From Vitrella brassicaformis CCMP3155 (Eukaryota; Protista; Chromerida): a stretch of DNA of 64,000 nucleotides. The DNA is taken from contig CDMY01000486.1 of NCBI GenBank assembly GCA_001179505.1, positions 3,722 to 67,721 of the forward strand, written 5' to 3'. Shown here piece after piece: positions 49,902-62,480 of this stretch (position 1 is its first letter; the number at the start of each line of letters is the position of its first letter). The notes under the pieces are model-generated. The model was given only the letters and a program-made list of their open reading frames with translations. It was not told the origin of the DNA and did not search any database. The position numbers were made by a program, and so were the translations under genes.

Positions 49902-50117
49902 CGTCTGGCGCGGGGGAAGCCGATAGCCGGCCGATAGGCAGGCGGAGGCGGGAGGAGGGAAAAGACAGGCTGGCCGTTACGGGTCGTTTCTGCCGCGAGA
50001 TGGGCGCCGTCGAGGGCAAACGAGAGATGCGATACATGGGCTTCGCGCCGCGCGAGTCTTGGGTTTCAGGGTTGTGGTAGGGTACCTCACTCATCCTTGA
50101 TGTGATAGTGATTGCTT

Positions 50118-50529
50118 CGATTGATTGTCTCATTCTCGTGGTGAAGTCGGAGTGATGCAGCCGGTTGGCGGTGGGTGGGTGGACTCTCAGCCGCAGCACG
50201 TGATGCACCCCCCTCCTCAATTCAACATGCCCCTCTTCGCCACCCACACGCACCACCCACAGGTCAACATGCCACAGCTGGCGGCGGCAGCAGCCACCAT
50301 GGCGATGCAGATGCAGATGAGCCAGCAAGCCAGTCAACAGGCAATGATGGAGGACAGCCAGCTGCACATGGCGTCGCAGACACTCTCACAGACACAGCCA
50401 CAGCAGCTACCTCCACCCAAGACTGGCATGCGTAAGCACACAAGCAGGGAGACACACACAAAGTCACGGCAAGCAAGGAGGGAGGAATGGAAATGTGTCG
50501 TGTCTCTCTCTCTCTCTCTGTGTGTGTGT
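50118..50529 (+). repeat. Near-identical copy of the first exon of the 58197 gene (Gln/Met-rich), truncated by an N gap
   Basis: Aligns to about 58160-58570 with a few SNPs and a 3-bp indel (HPPPQ vs HPPPPQ). Sequence after the gap (50830+) is unrelated. Confidence 0.85.
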
Positions 50530-52357
50530 NNNNNNNNNNNNNNNNNNNNNNNNNNNNNNNNNNNNNNNNNNNNNNNNNNNNNNNNNNNNNNNNNNNNNNN
50601 NNNNNNNNNNNNNNNNNNNNNNNNNNNNNNNNNNNNNNNNNNNNNNNNNNNNNNNNNNNNNNNNNNNNNNNNNNNNNNNNNNNNNNNNNNNNNNNNNNNN
50701 NNNNNNNNNNNNNNNNNNNNNNNNNNNNNNNNNNNNNNNNNNNNNNNNNNNNNNNNNNNNNNNNNNNNNNNNNNNNNNNNNNNNNNNNNNNNNNNNNNNN
50801 NNNNNNNNNNNNNNNNNNNNNNNNNNNNNGCGCCGCCGTTTTTCCGTTTCCCTGTACAGTCAAGACAGACAGACAGACAGACGGGCGGTGTAGGCGGGCC
50901 CTCGCTACACACCCTGACTCCTTTTTGCGCTGCTGCCTTAATAACGGGTAGGTGGTGTGGGTGGGGTGTGGAGAGGGGAGGGTGGGTGGGTGTGAGGGTA
51001 TATGTAAAGGGCCGGTCCACAACAATGAATGACACAGCAATTAAGGGTGCATTGTGGGCGTGCACCTGCCTGTAGAGATGCATGCCTGCCTGCCTGCGGG
51101 CCTGCCTGTGCGTGCGTGTGTACGCGGGTGTAGGCCATATTAATGACGGACATCCTGGTCCTTTGTTACCATCCATTGAATCAATCGCCTGTGGCATTTA
51201 TCGATGATACAGAGATACAGCACGCACACAATTGTCGTCAGTCATACGTCATCCATATGACGTCATCTGTCCTCTGCGATAGATAAACTGATAAACCCAC
51301 ACAAAGACAGATAGACAGACAGACACCCATCAGGCGAGGCAAGCGGAGCGGAGAAGGGGAGAGGGGAGCGATAGGCAGAGAGAGAGGGAGGGGGGCGTCA
51401 TGCGTGAGGCGGGCAGCCTGGCAGGCAGGCAGGCAGGCAGGCACGCACCCACGCACACACAAAGGGGAGGAAAAATGGAGGGAGAGAGGAAGACAGCAGC
51501 GCAGAGTCACAAATAGAGTCGATCACCCAGGCAGGCAGACAGACAGACACCCAAGGCCCACAATGCCCCACCTCTCTCGCTGCAATCGTTGCCTTGCCTG
51601 CCTCTCCACATTCCACTCCACATTCCTTCGTCAAAACGCCTGATCTCATATATCTCCCATACATCAGATCATGTCATCTTGAAAACACAACGCGAAAAAC
51701 TCTCGCCTTGCTTTTCTGCTTCTCGTCTCCCATCCACCCACCCATGGCCATCCATCTCATTTCGCCCACACGTCAGCGGGCCAGCATTGATCTCTCTCTC
51801 TTTCTCACGGGTAGGGCGAAAAAACTCATGACATAATATGCTTGTTTGATGCATCCATCGAGGCAGCAGGTAGGTCTATACAGACAGAGCGAGAGCGAAT
51901 TACGTACTGACATGACACACAACCACCCAGATCTGATCTCTCTCCACTAAGAGAGCTAGCTTCGCAGAGAGACCCCCTCGTGAACCACACCAGCCACCCA
52001 CCCCACCCACAGCCAAAAAGCACCGACTCTTCCCNNNNNNNNNNNNNNNNNNNNNNNNNNNNNNNNNNNNNNNNNNNNNNNNNNNNNNNNNNNNNNNNNN
52101 NNNNNNNNNNNNNNNNNNNNNNNNNNNNNNNNNNNNNNNNNNNNNNNNNNNNNNNNNNNNNNNNNNNNNNNNNNNNNNNNNNNNNNNNNNNNNNNNNNNN
52201 NNNNNNNNNNNNNNNNNNNNNNNNNNNNNNNNNNNNNNNNNNNNNNNNNNNNNNNNNNNNNNNNNNNNNNNNNNNNNNNNNNNNNNNNNNNNNNNNNNNN
52301 NNNNNNNNNNNNNNNNNNNNNNNNNNNNNNNNNNGCCCCCCTTTCAAAACTCCATTC

Positions 52358-55300
52358 TCATTCGCTCGGCGGCGCCTCAGGAGGGTAGTTTCCCCCGGTG
52401 CTAGAGGGGTGGACAAACGTCAGCTTCTCAGGCGCGTTGTGGCCGTCCCTCGCCGGCACCGGCCGCCTGTCGCTTGATGAGGGCGGTGATGGCGCGAACG
52501 GTGGGGCCTGAATGACGATGGCCTCCTTGTGTGGGGAGCCCGCCCGGCCGAGTGGGAAGAGGATGCGCTGCTCGACGGCCCGCTCCAGCTCCCGCATCTC
52601 GTCTGTCACCTCGCTGTCGCGCTGGGTAGAAACCTGATGGGACAACGGAGAGAAAGAGTGCATGTCTGTCTGTGTGTCAGGGTGTTGGGTGTGGGAGTTG
52701 GGGTGGGGGGAAGGTGTGGCTGGCTGACCTGCTGTAGCAACCTGAGGCTGTTGCTGAGCCTGTCGTGTGACTCTTTCCTGGCGCTCTCCACCGCCTGGAT
52801 GGCCACCTGCAGATTCTGCTCGCTCTTGCCTGTGGCCGACTTCATCTTGAGCAGCTGCGCCTTCAACGCCTCGGCAGCTGCCCGCCTGTCCGAGTCGATG
52901 TCCTGCAGCTGCTTCCTCAACCTCGCCCTCTCGGCCTCGGAAGACTCCCGGTACTCGTGCAGCTTCCGCGTGAGCGACTCTTCGCTTTGCCGCTTGGTCG
53001 CCTCAACCTGCGAGAGCTGCCGCCTCAGCTCGCCTTCCGCCTGGGCGTCCTTCCTGGCGATGGCCGCCTGGAGGGCCTGCTGGTGCTCGGCCTCCTTGGC
53101 CGCCAGCAGCCGCTTCGTCTCGGCGTCCTTCTGGGCGAGCTTGAGAGGCACCTCTTTCTGGGTGCTGTCCAGCCGCTGCTCGGCTGATGTCAGGGCCTTC
53201 TTCAGATCGGCTTCACGCGCGTCGGCCGATGCACGCATCTGTATACAGAGAGAGAGAGAGGTGGGTGGGGGCAAAGTGTGTGTGTGTGGGTGAGGTGAGG
53301 TGAGGTGACCCTTCGAAGTGCGGTGGCGAGTTCCTCTTCCCTCCGCGCCTTTTCGGCCTCGATAGCCTCCAGCTGACTCTGCACTTCCGCCTGCCGCCTT
53401 AAGGAGATCTCCTCGAGAGACCGCAGCTGCTCAGCCGCCTTCGCCTCAGTGGCCTTTTTCGACTCCTGACAACACAGGAAAACATGACAGGACAAGGCAG
53501 TGTGCGTGAGGCGTGATCAAAGCCACTTCGTCTGGCTGAATGGCCGTGCCTGTAGCTCTGAGAGGGCTTGGCGGAGGTTCTCCTCGTTGGCTTTCTTCAT
53601 GGCTTTGAGTGAGGAGAGCTGGCTCTTGAGGTCGACCTCTGTCTGCTGGCTGTCATGCTGCAGAGACCCCAGCTGCTTCCTCAGCTCCGCCTCGCGCTTG
53701 CTGCTCGCCTGATGGATACCGACCACACACACATCAGATGTCTGGGTGTTGCGTTGGGTGCTGGTACCTCTTTGGTCTTGGCCACTGCCGATTCCAGCTC
53801 CGCTTTCGAGCTGACCCGCAGCGACCGCAGCGAGGCCGTCAACTGCTCAACTTCACGCTGCTTAGTGCCAACAGCCGCCTGCAGCTGCCGTTCAAATGCA
53901 CTCTCCTTGGCTATGGCCTCCTCCTCAAGCTGACGCAGACTCTCTCTCAGCTGGGCCTCGTTCTGCCTCAGTGCGGCCGTCTCCTTCTCCAATGTGTCCC
54001 TGATGCTCTTCTCGCTGGCGGCCTTGGCCTCCCGCAGGTCCCTCAGTGCGGTTGACAGCTCCTCCACCTCACGACCCTTGGCAGTGACGAGGGTCTCCAG
54101 CTGTTGAAGCAGCTGGGTCTCGTGGGCTGCTGAGGCCTCCTGCAGCTGACGCATCTCTTCAGCACTCTTGGAGGCGATGCTCGTCTGGCTGCCCAGCTGG
54201 GCCTCCATCCGCTGAAGGGCATGGCGCAGCTGAGTCTCGCGCGCGTCGGCCTCGGCACGAACCTGACACGCCGCAGACACAACGCACGAATGGATGGCAT
54301 GGATGGATATGGTTCTTCGGTTCTTACCCGTGCGAGTGATGCGGTGAGTTCTCTCTCCCTGCGTGCCTTCTCGGCCTCGACGGCCTCCAGCTGGCTCTGC
54401 ACCTCCGCCTGCCGCCTCACACCGAGCTGCTCCATCGCACGCAGATTCTCAATGGCCTTCTCCTCTGTCACCTTCTTCGACTCCTGAACACTCACACACA
54501 CGTACACACATAGCACGTTGAGAAACGGCGGCAGGCGCATCTCTCGTATCGATCGGCTGCTAGTCACCTGTAGTTCTGACAGGGCTTGTCTTAGGTTTGC
54601 CTCGCTGGCTGTCTTCATGGCCTTGAGCGACGAGAGCTGGCCCTTGAGGTCGACCTCTGTCTGCTGGCGGGCCTGCTTGAGAGACTCAAGCTGCTTCCTC
54701 AGCTCCGCCTCGCGCTTGCTGCTCGCCTGATGGACACGAGCACACACACATCAGATGTCTTCATCCATGTCCGTGTGTCTCCTTCCCTGGTACCTCTTTT
54801 GTTTTGGCCACGGCGGATTCCAGCTCCGCTTTCGAGCTGACCCGCAGCGACCGCAAAGAGGCCGACAACTCCTCAACCTCACGCTGCTTGACACCCACAG
54901 CCGCCTGCAACTGCTTCTCAATGGTGGCCTCTTTGATGGCCGCCTCTTCCTGCAGCTGCCTTATCTCCTCTGTGAGCTTGGTCTCAATTTCGTTCTTGGA
55001 GATCTCCAGAGCAGCCAGCTGAGAACGGAGATCGGCCTCGCGAGAGTCAGCCTGGGCTCGCACCTGAAAGGAGACAACCGGCAAACACGTGTGGGGCGGT
55101 CACATGAGGATGTGTGTGCGCTTGTCACCTGTCGGATTGCGGTTGTAAGCTCGTCCTCTCGTCGCGTCTTTTCCGCTTCCACTGCGGCCAGCTCGGCCTC
55201 GAGCTCTCTCTCGCGCGCGGCGGTCATGGCCTCCAGCTCCTCCAGACTGGTGCTCAGCCGCTCCAGCAGCGCCCGGTCCTTCTTGGACTTCTCGAGGGCC

Positions 55301-56674
55301 AGCAAAGACAACCGCAGGTTCTGCTGGACGGCGAAGCTCTGGCTGCTGGCCTCCTGGGTCTCGCGTAAGGTGTTGAGGAGCTCCTGTTCCTTGGCCTGCT
55401 TCTCGTCCTCGACGGCCGCGAGCTTCTCCTTCAGAATGGCGATCTCCTGCGCGCTCGCCTCCTGCACCTCCCGCAGGCTCTTTGTGAGCTGGTCCTCGTT
55501 GTTCTTCTTGTCGGTCTCGAGAGTCTGGAGGGCCTTGCGCAGGGTGGCTTCGCGGCTGCCGGCCTCGCTGCGCACCTGACGAAGGGCTGTGGAGAGATCG
55601 TCCTCCCTCTTGCGCTGAACAGGGCAGACGCTCATATGGCCCATTGATGGGTGTTTCTTTGCATCGGTTTGTTGCTGTGTGTGGAATCACCTTTTCGGTC
55701 TCAAGGGTACTGAGTTGTTTTTTGAGGCTGTCCTCTGTCTGTGAGTAGTTGGTCTGGACCTCCTCCAGCTGCTGTATAAGCCGACCCTCGTTCTCAGCCT
55801 TCTCGCGATCCAACCTGCAGCCACACACACAGACGCCCACGTGCGCGTATGGCGGGATGGATGGAGGAGCCTTGACTGCCGCACCTCTGAAGCGTCTTCC
55901 TCAACATGGTTTCGCTGGCCTGTTTCTTCTCCCTGAGGTCCTTGATGGCCTTGCGCAGCTCCGCCTCCTTCTCGGCCTTGGTGGCCTCCATCTCCTGCAC
56001 CTTCGCCCTCAAAGCCGTTTCGTTGTCCGTCTTGAAGTCGAACTCGTTGATGCGGTACTGCACAGGCAGCTGGGGGGAGGAGATGTGACGCTGTGGACCG
56101 GTGCCGTAAGCGTTTGCTTTGGGGGGTGCCTCGAAGAGCTTGTTGAGGAACGACAGCCAACCACCTCCCTCATGCTTGTCTGGCCTCGACTCGACGTGCT
56201 GTGAGTACTTTTTCCGACGCTTCGGCTGGATCACCTGTGTGCATCACCGACAAGCATCCATCCATCCATCGATACACACACGTACGAGCTCGAGTGCTGA
56301 CTGCATGTAGCTGTCGGTTACCGTTGGGTTGGCAAAGACGCGGACGGGGGAGCCGTCATTGCGGCCAAACGACTTGAGAAAGGAGAAGGGCTTCGGCTGC
56401 AGGCAGACACAGACACATTTGATCGATGAACAGACGCACCAAGTGGTGATCTCGCTTGCTGCCAGCGTACCTTCTCCTCGGCATTCAGACGGGTCTTGAG
56501 CTGCCCTGTGTGCGGCAACACAGGCCTCTCGCGCGGCTGACTCCTATGCAGCTTTGCTGCCCTGATCTTCGAGTCAGCCGGGAGAGTGCTCTCGGGAACG
56601 AAGGCCGTCGCCTTGGTGTCGGTAAGAAACGCCAACACGACTGCGGATGCCACCATGAGTCCGCTCAGCAGCAT
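52358..56674 (-). CDS. Long coiled-coil protein with N-terminal signal peptide and putative plastid transit peptide; about 13 exons
   Basis: MLLSGLMVASAVVLAFLTDTKATA-FVPESTL...AEEK|PKPFSFLKSFGRNDGSPVRVFANPT|VIQPKRRKK splice in phase 0. Heptad-rich A/E/K/L/Q/R exons follow, and the C-terminus is ...NYPPEAPPSE*. Confidence 0.72.
53310..55063 (-). repeat. Tandem duplication of a three-exon module within the coiled-coil gene
   Basis: Exon triplets at about 55063-54328 and 54263-53310 encode paralogous peptides, and their introns share residual similarity (CACACACATCAGATGTCT). Confidence 0.85.
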
Positions 56675-56968
56675 CGTCACGCCAGCATCAGTTCAGGACG
56701 CGCTGATCTTTCTTTAAAAGCGTTGATGTAGCCTGCCTCATCCAAGAACGTCACCAAGGCAGTCTCTACACGACGAAGAATCTGCGGCGGCGAGTAACGT
56801 TTCTGAGCTCGCAGAGCGATCGCGCGAGAGGCGGCGAAAAGTGAAGATCTGAGGCTTTTGGTAAGGGCAGGTGCACACTCATCGCGCACACTTTAACATG
56901 TGGAAGTGGCTTATTCATCTGATGACCTTTTCGTTCGTGTTTCAAGAGCTCCACCAAGGCGATTCGGG

Positions 56969-58000
56969 ATGAGTAAGACGGAGTTCGTCAGCCCAGAGGG
57001 CTTCCGCATCGACGGCAGGAGGCCCTCCGAAATACGCACATTCCGCTGCCAGGTCGGTGGAGTGTCGCAGAACGCCGATGGGTCGGCATACGTGGAGATG
57101 GGCTGTACCAAGGCACTTGCATACGTCTACGGGCCCAAAGAGGTGCATGTTGAAGACACTCACGACAGTATTTGCATGGCATGGCATTGTTCTTTTTCGC
57201 TCATTCCTCACTGAGTGCAGGCTCGTCGGGGTGCGATGAAGACGCAGTGTGGTGTGTTGACGTGTGAGGTCAGCCTGGCGCCCTTCAGCACCGCAGACAG
57301 GAGGAAACGATCAAGATATGACAGGTGGGCAGGCAGGCGTGCAGACAGCACGCCAGCACTCATGTGGGTGAGAGGATTGCTTGCAGGCAGACGGTCGAGT
57401 TGGCTTTGACGATTCGTCAGGCGTTCGAGAGCAGCATCCTGTTGGAGCTCTACCAGAGGGCACAGATCGACATGTTCGTGCACATACTCGAAACAGACGG
57501 AGGTCAGTCAGTCAGCCATATTGCCTGCATGGCGAGGTGCCAATGTGTCTGGTGCTGCCTGGTGTGTGTCTGTTGGTTAGGTCACAAGGCGGCGGCAATC
57601 AACGCATGCAATCTGGCGCTGATTGATGCCGGCATCAACATCCGCGACTCGCTTGTGGCGTGCTCGGCGGGATACATCGACGGCAGGCCGATCGTCGACA
57701 TGAACCAAGCCGAGATCAACGCCGGTGGGGTCGAACTGCTGCTCGGCGTCTTCGCGCGCACACGGAAGGTGACTCTTCCTTCAGTGGCCACGTGCACATA
57801 GACGGCTGCCTTGCCGATGAAAGACGGCTGTGTGCCTTGCTTTGTCTGTGTAGGTGAGTGTGATAGAGATGGACTCCAAGATAACTCCTGAGGTGTTCCA
57901 GGAGACGTATGAGGCGTGCATCGCGGCGTGCAGAGACCTTTATACTGCCATGGAGACCGCAGTGAATGACACGGCGCTGCGGCTTGTTCACTCAAAGTGA
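56969..58000 (+). CDS. RRP41: Exosome complex RNase PH-like subunit RRP41; 5 exons
   Basis: MSKTEFVSPEGFRIDGRRPSEIR...ADGSAYVEMGCTKALAYVYGPKE|...EVSLAPFSTADRRKR...RAQIDMFVHILETDG|GHKAAAINACNLALIDAGI...VACSAGY...DMNQAE. Confidence 0.96.
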
Positions 58001-58159
58001 ACGAGTGGGTGAGTGAGTGTGTCTCATTGGCAGATATGTACGTGTGTACGCAAGTGCTTCTACTGGATCTGTACAGTGTGTGATTGTGATTGTGATTGTG
58101 ATTGTGATTGGCTGTGTTAATGAGTGAGTGAGGCAGCGCTGAGCGACTGAGTGATTGAT

Positions 58160-58547
58160 CGATTGATTGTCTCATTCTCGTGGTGACGTCGGAGTGATGC
58201 AGCCGGTTGGCGGTGGGTGGGCGGACTCTCAGTCGCAGCACCTGATGCACCCCCCTCCCCCTCAATTCAACATGCCCCTCTTCCCCACCCACACGCACCA
58301 CCCACAGGTCAACATGCCACAGCTGGCGGCGGCAGCAGCCACCATGGCGATGCAGATGCAGATGAGCCAGCAAGCCAGTCAACAGGCAATGATGGAGGAC
58401 AGCCAGCTGCACATGGCGTCGCAGACACTCTCACAGACACAGCCACAGCAGCTACCTCCACCCAAGACTGGCATGCGTAAGCACACAAGCAGGGAGACAC
58501 ACACAAAGTCACGGCAAGCAAGGAGGGAGGAATGGAAATGTGTCGTG

Positions 58548-58581
<34 letters not shown>

Positions 58582-60001
58582 TGTTGTGCAGAGGCACTCA
58601 AGCAGCGGCTGATGGATGTAAGTACACAGAGAGAGAGGGATGCTGTCTCCACGTATGTCCTTATTTGTCTGTGTGTGTGTGTGTGTGTGTCCCGATTCAC
58701 CAGAAGCAGCGGGTGCAGAGCATGATGCGGCCTCAGATCCACACACACGGCATCATCTCATCGCAACAGCCACAGCAGTCACAGCAGCAGGAGGGCCACA
58801 CACACGCCGCTGCCGTCCCCAAGTCGAAGCCCAAAATCTATCGCAAGCTCCACAGCCACATGGCAAGAATGTTGTGGAGTTTGAGACACAAAGGCAGATA
58901 CACATCATGAGTGTGTGTGTGCAGGTGCAGAAGGGTGTTGCCTACGACAAGGCAGGCCGTCCATTCATCCCTGTGTTCGACGCGTCAACACAGCTGTCGT
59001 ACATGATGTGTCCCCACTGCGACGCCACCAACCTGTTCAGATCGCGAGAAGCACTCGACAGACACATCAGGCAGACACAATGCAAACCACACGATGCCAA
59101 GAAGGACAGCAAACACTCACACCAACGTCAGTCGGCTGAGCACACACACACCGGTGTCTCGCTCTTTACCATGCCATGTATGTGTGTGTGTCTTTGTTGC
59201 CATGCAGTTGCGAAGGAGAGCCAGGCCAAGTCAGCGGCAGAGCCCATCCAGCCGCCCCACCCACCAACCAACGCCAACTCGCCGCCCCCACACCAGCAGC
59301 AGGCTGATGACGATGACGAGGCCACACAGAAGGGCGGCTCCTCACCTCCGGAGCTCGTCCTTGGCCTCAACGACATCCCGCCGCCTGACCCACACAATGA
59401 CAACAACAGCAACCGTCGCGGCGCACATGACGCAGACACTGACAGAGACGCACTGGCCAACAAGGACAACAAGGCCAGCGNNNNNNNNNNNNNNNNNNNN
59501 NNNNNNNNNNNNNNNNNNNNNNNNNNNNNNNNNNNNNNNNNNNNNNNNNNNNNNNNNNNNNNNNNNNNNNNNNNNNNNNNNNNNNNNNNNNNNNNNNNNN
59601 NNNNNNNNNNNNNNNNNNNNNNNNNNNNNNNNNNNNNNNNNNNNNNNNNNNNNNNNNNNNNNNNNNNNNNNNNNNNNNNNNNNNNNNNNNNNNNNNNNNN
59701 NNNNNNNNNNNNNNNNNNNNNNNNNNNNNNNNNNNNNNNNNNNNNNNNNNNNNNNNNNNNNNNNNNNNNNNNNNNNNNNNGGCGGCGGCAGCAGCCACCA
59801 TGGCGATGCAGATGCAGATGAGCCAGCAAGCCAGTCAACAGGCAATGATGGAGGACAGCCAGCTGCACATGGCGTCGCAGACACTCTCACAGACACAGCC
59901 ACAGCAGCTACCCCCGCCCAAGACTGGCATGCGTAAGCACACAAGCAGACACACACACACATTCACGGCAAGCAAGGAGGGAGGAATGGAAATGTATCGT
60001 G

Positions 60002-60039
<38 letters not shown>

Positions 60040-62480
60040 TGTGTTGTGCAGAGGCACTCAAGCAGCGGCTGATGGATGTAAGCACACACAGAGAGAGAGG
60101 GATGGTGTCTCCACGTATGTCTTTATTTGTTTATTTGTTTATTTGTGTGTGTGTGTGTCCCGATCCCCCAGAAGCAGCGGGTGCAGAGCATGATGCGGCC
60201 TCAGATCCACACACACGGCATCATCTCATCGCAACAGCCACAGCAGTCACAGCAGCAGGAGGGCCACACACACGCCGCTGCCGTCCCCAAGTCGAAGCCC
60301 AAAATCTATCGCAAACTCCACAGTCACATGGCAAGTCATGGGAGTTTGCGTTGTGGGTCAACAGATGGCATTGAGACAGACAGATACACATGAGTGTGTG
60401 TGTGCAGGTGCAGAAGGGTGTCGCCTACGACAAGCAAGGCCGTCCGTTCATTCCCGTGTTCGACCCGTCAACACAGCTGTCGTACATGATGTGTCCCCAC
60501 TGCGACGCCACCAACCTGTTCAGATCTCGAGAGGCACTCGACAGACACATCAGACAGACACAATGCAAACCACACGACGCCAAGAAGGACAGCAAACACT
60601 CACATCAACGTTAGTCGGATGAGCACACACACACCGGTGTCTCGCTCTTTGCCATGCCATGTATGTGTGTGGGTCTTTGTTGCCATGCAGTTGCGAAGGA
60701 GAGCCAGGCCAAGTCAGCGGCAGAGCCCATCCAGCCGCCCCACCCACCAACCAACGCCAACTCGCCGCCCCCACGCCAACAGCAGGCTGATGACGATGAC
60801 GAGGCCACACAGAAGGGCGGCTCCTCACCTGACGAGCTCGATCTGGGCCTCAACGACATCCCGCCGCCTCCCCCACACAATGACAACAACAGCAACCGTC
60901 GTGGCGCACATGACGCAGACACTGACAGAGACGCACAGGCCAACAAGGACAACAAGGCCAGCGAGACACAGCCTATCCCACCACAGCCACAGCCACAGCC
61001 ACACACCGACCAACACCCAATGCCCAGCACAGAGGCCCACAAGCCCGAGCCTGACAAGCCACAGCCACAGCCACAGCGAGAGGGGCTGGACGAGGATGTG
61101 TTGATGTCGATGTGCCGGGGCGATCTGGTGTTGATGCTCAAGGTGAGGAAGCCACAGCTCTACCACGCGCTCAGCTGCTGGGGGGCGATGGACGCGCTGG
61201 ACAAGACAGACATTGTTCAGCGACTCACCCACACGGACAGCAACAGCAACAGCGATGGGGACCAACCCACACAGCCNNNNNNNNNNNNNNNNNNNNNNNN
61301 NNNNNNNNNNNNNNNNNNNNNNNNNNNNNNNNNNNNNNNNNNNNNNNNNNNNNNNNNNNNNNNNNNNNNNNNNNNNNNNNNNNNNNNNNNNNNNNNNNNN
61401 NNNNNNNNNNNNNNNNNNNNNNNNNNNNNNNNNNNNNNNNNNNNNNNNNNNNNNNNNNNNNNNNNNNNNNNNNNNNNNNNNNNNNNNNNNNNNNNNNNNN
61501 NNNNNNNNNNNNNNNNNNNNNNNNNNNNNNNNNNNNNNNNNNNNNNNNNNNNNNNNNNNNNNNNNNNNNNNNNNNNACACAAAGGCAGATACACATCATG
61601 AGTGTGTGTGTGCAGGTGCAGAAGGGTGTTGCCTACGACAAGGCAGGCCGTCCATTCATCCCTGTGTTCGACGCGTCAACACAGCTGTCGTACATGATGT
61701 GTCCCCACTGCGACGCCACCAACCTGTTCAGATCGCGAGAAGCACTCGACAGACACATCAGGCAGACACAATGCAAACCACACGATGCCAAGAAGGACAG
61801 CAAACACTCACACCAACGTCAGTCGGCTGAGCACACACACACCGGTGTCTCGCTCTTTACCATGCCATGTATGTGTGTGTGTCTTTGTTGCCATGCAGTT
61901 GCGAAGGAGAGCCAGGCCAAGTCAGCGGCAGAGCCCATCCAGCCGCCCCACCCACCAACCAACGCCAACTCGCCGCCCCCACACCAGCAGCAGGCTGATG
62001 ACGATGACGAGGCCACACAGAAGGGCGGCTCCTCACCTCCGGAGCTCGTCCTTGGCCTCAACGACATCCCGCCGCCTGACCCACACAATGACAACAACAG
62101 CAACCGTCGCGGCGCACATGACGCAGACACTGACAGAGACGCACTGGCCAACAAGGACAACAAGGCCAGCGAGACACAGCCTATCCTACCACCGCTACAG
62201 CCACACACCGACCAACACCCAATGCCCAGCACAGAGGCCCACGAGCCCGAGCCTGACAAGCCACAGCCACAGCCACAGCCACAGCGAGAGGGGCTGGACG
62301 AGGATGTGTTGATGTCGATGTGTCGGGGCGATCTGGTGTTGATGCTCAAGGTGAGGAAGCCACAGCTCTACCACGCGCTCAGCTGCTGGGGGGCGATGGA
62401 CGCGCTGGACAAGACAGACATTGTTCAGCGACTCACCCACACGGACAGCAACAGCAACAGCGATGGTGACAAACGGCCCA
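58160..62480 (+). repeat. Three overlapping near-identical segments (A about 58160-59480, B 59781-61276, C 61577-) separated by 300-N gaps
   Basis: C 61577-62170 repeats A about 58886-59480 with no differences seen. B covers the same exons but carries SNPs and indels (e.g. CAAGGC vs GCAGGC, PPRQQ vs PPHQQ, extra TTTA repeats). Confidence 0.9.

Noticed and set aside
8115-58000. Apparent clustering of RNA-metabolism genes (TUTase, coilin-like, eIF4E, TFIIE, RRP41) as a functional gene cluster
   Set aside because: They are interspersed with unrelated genes, and such genes are common enough that five in 64 kb is not evidence of a cluster without synteny or co-expression data.
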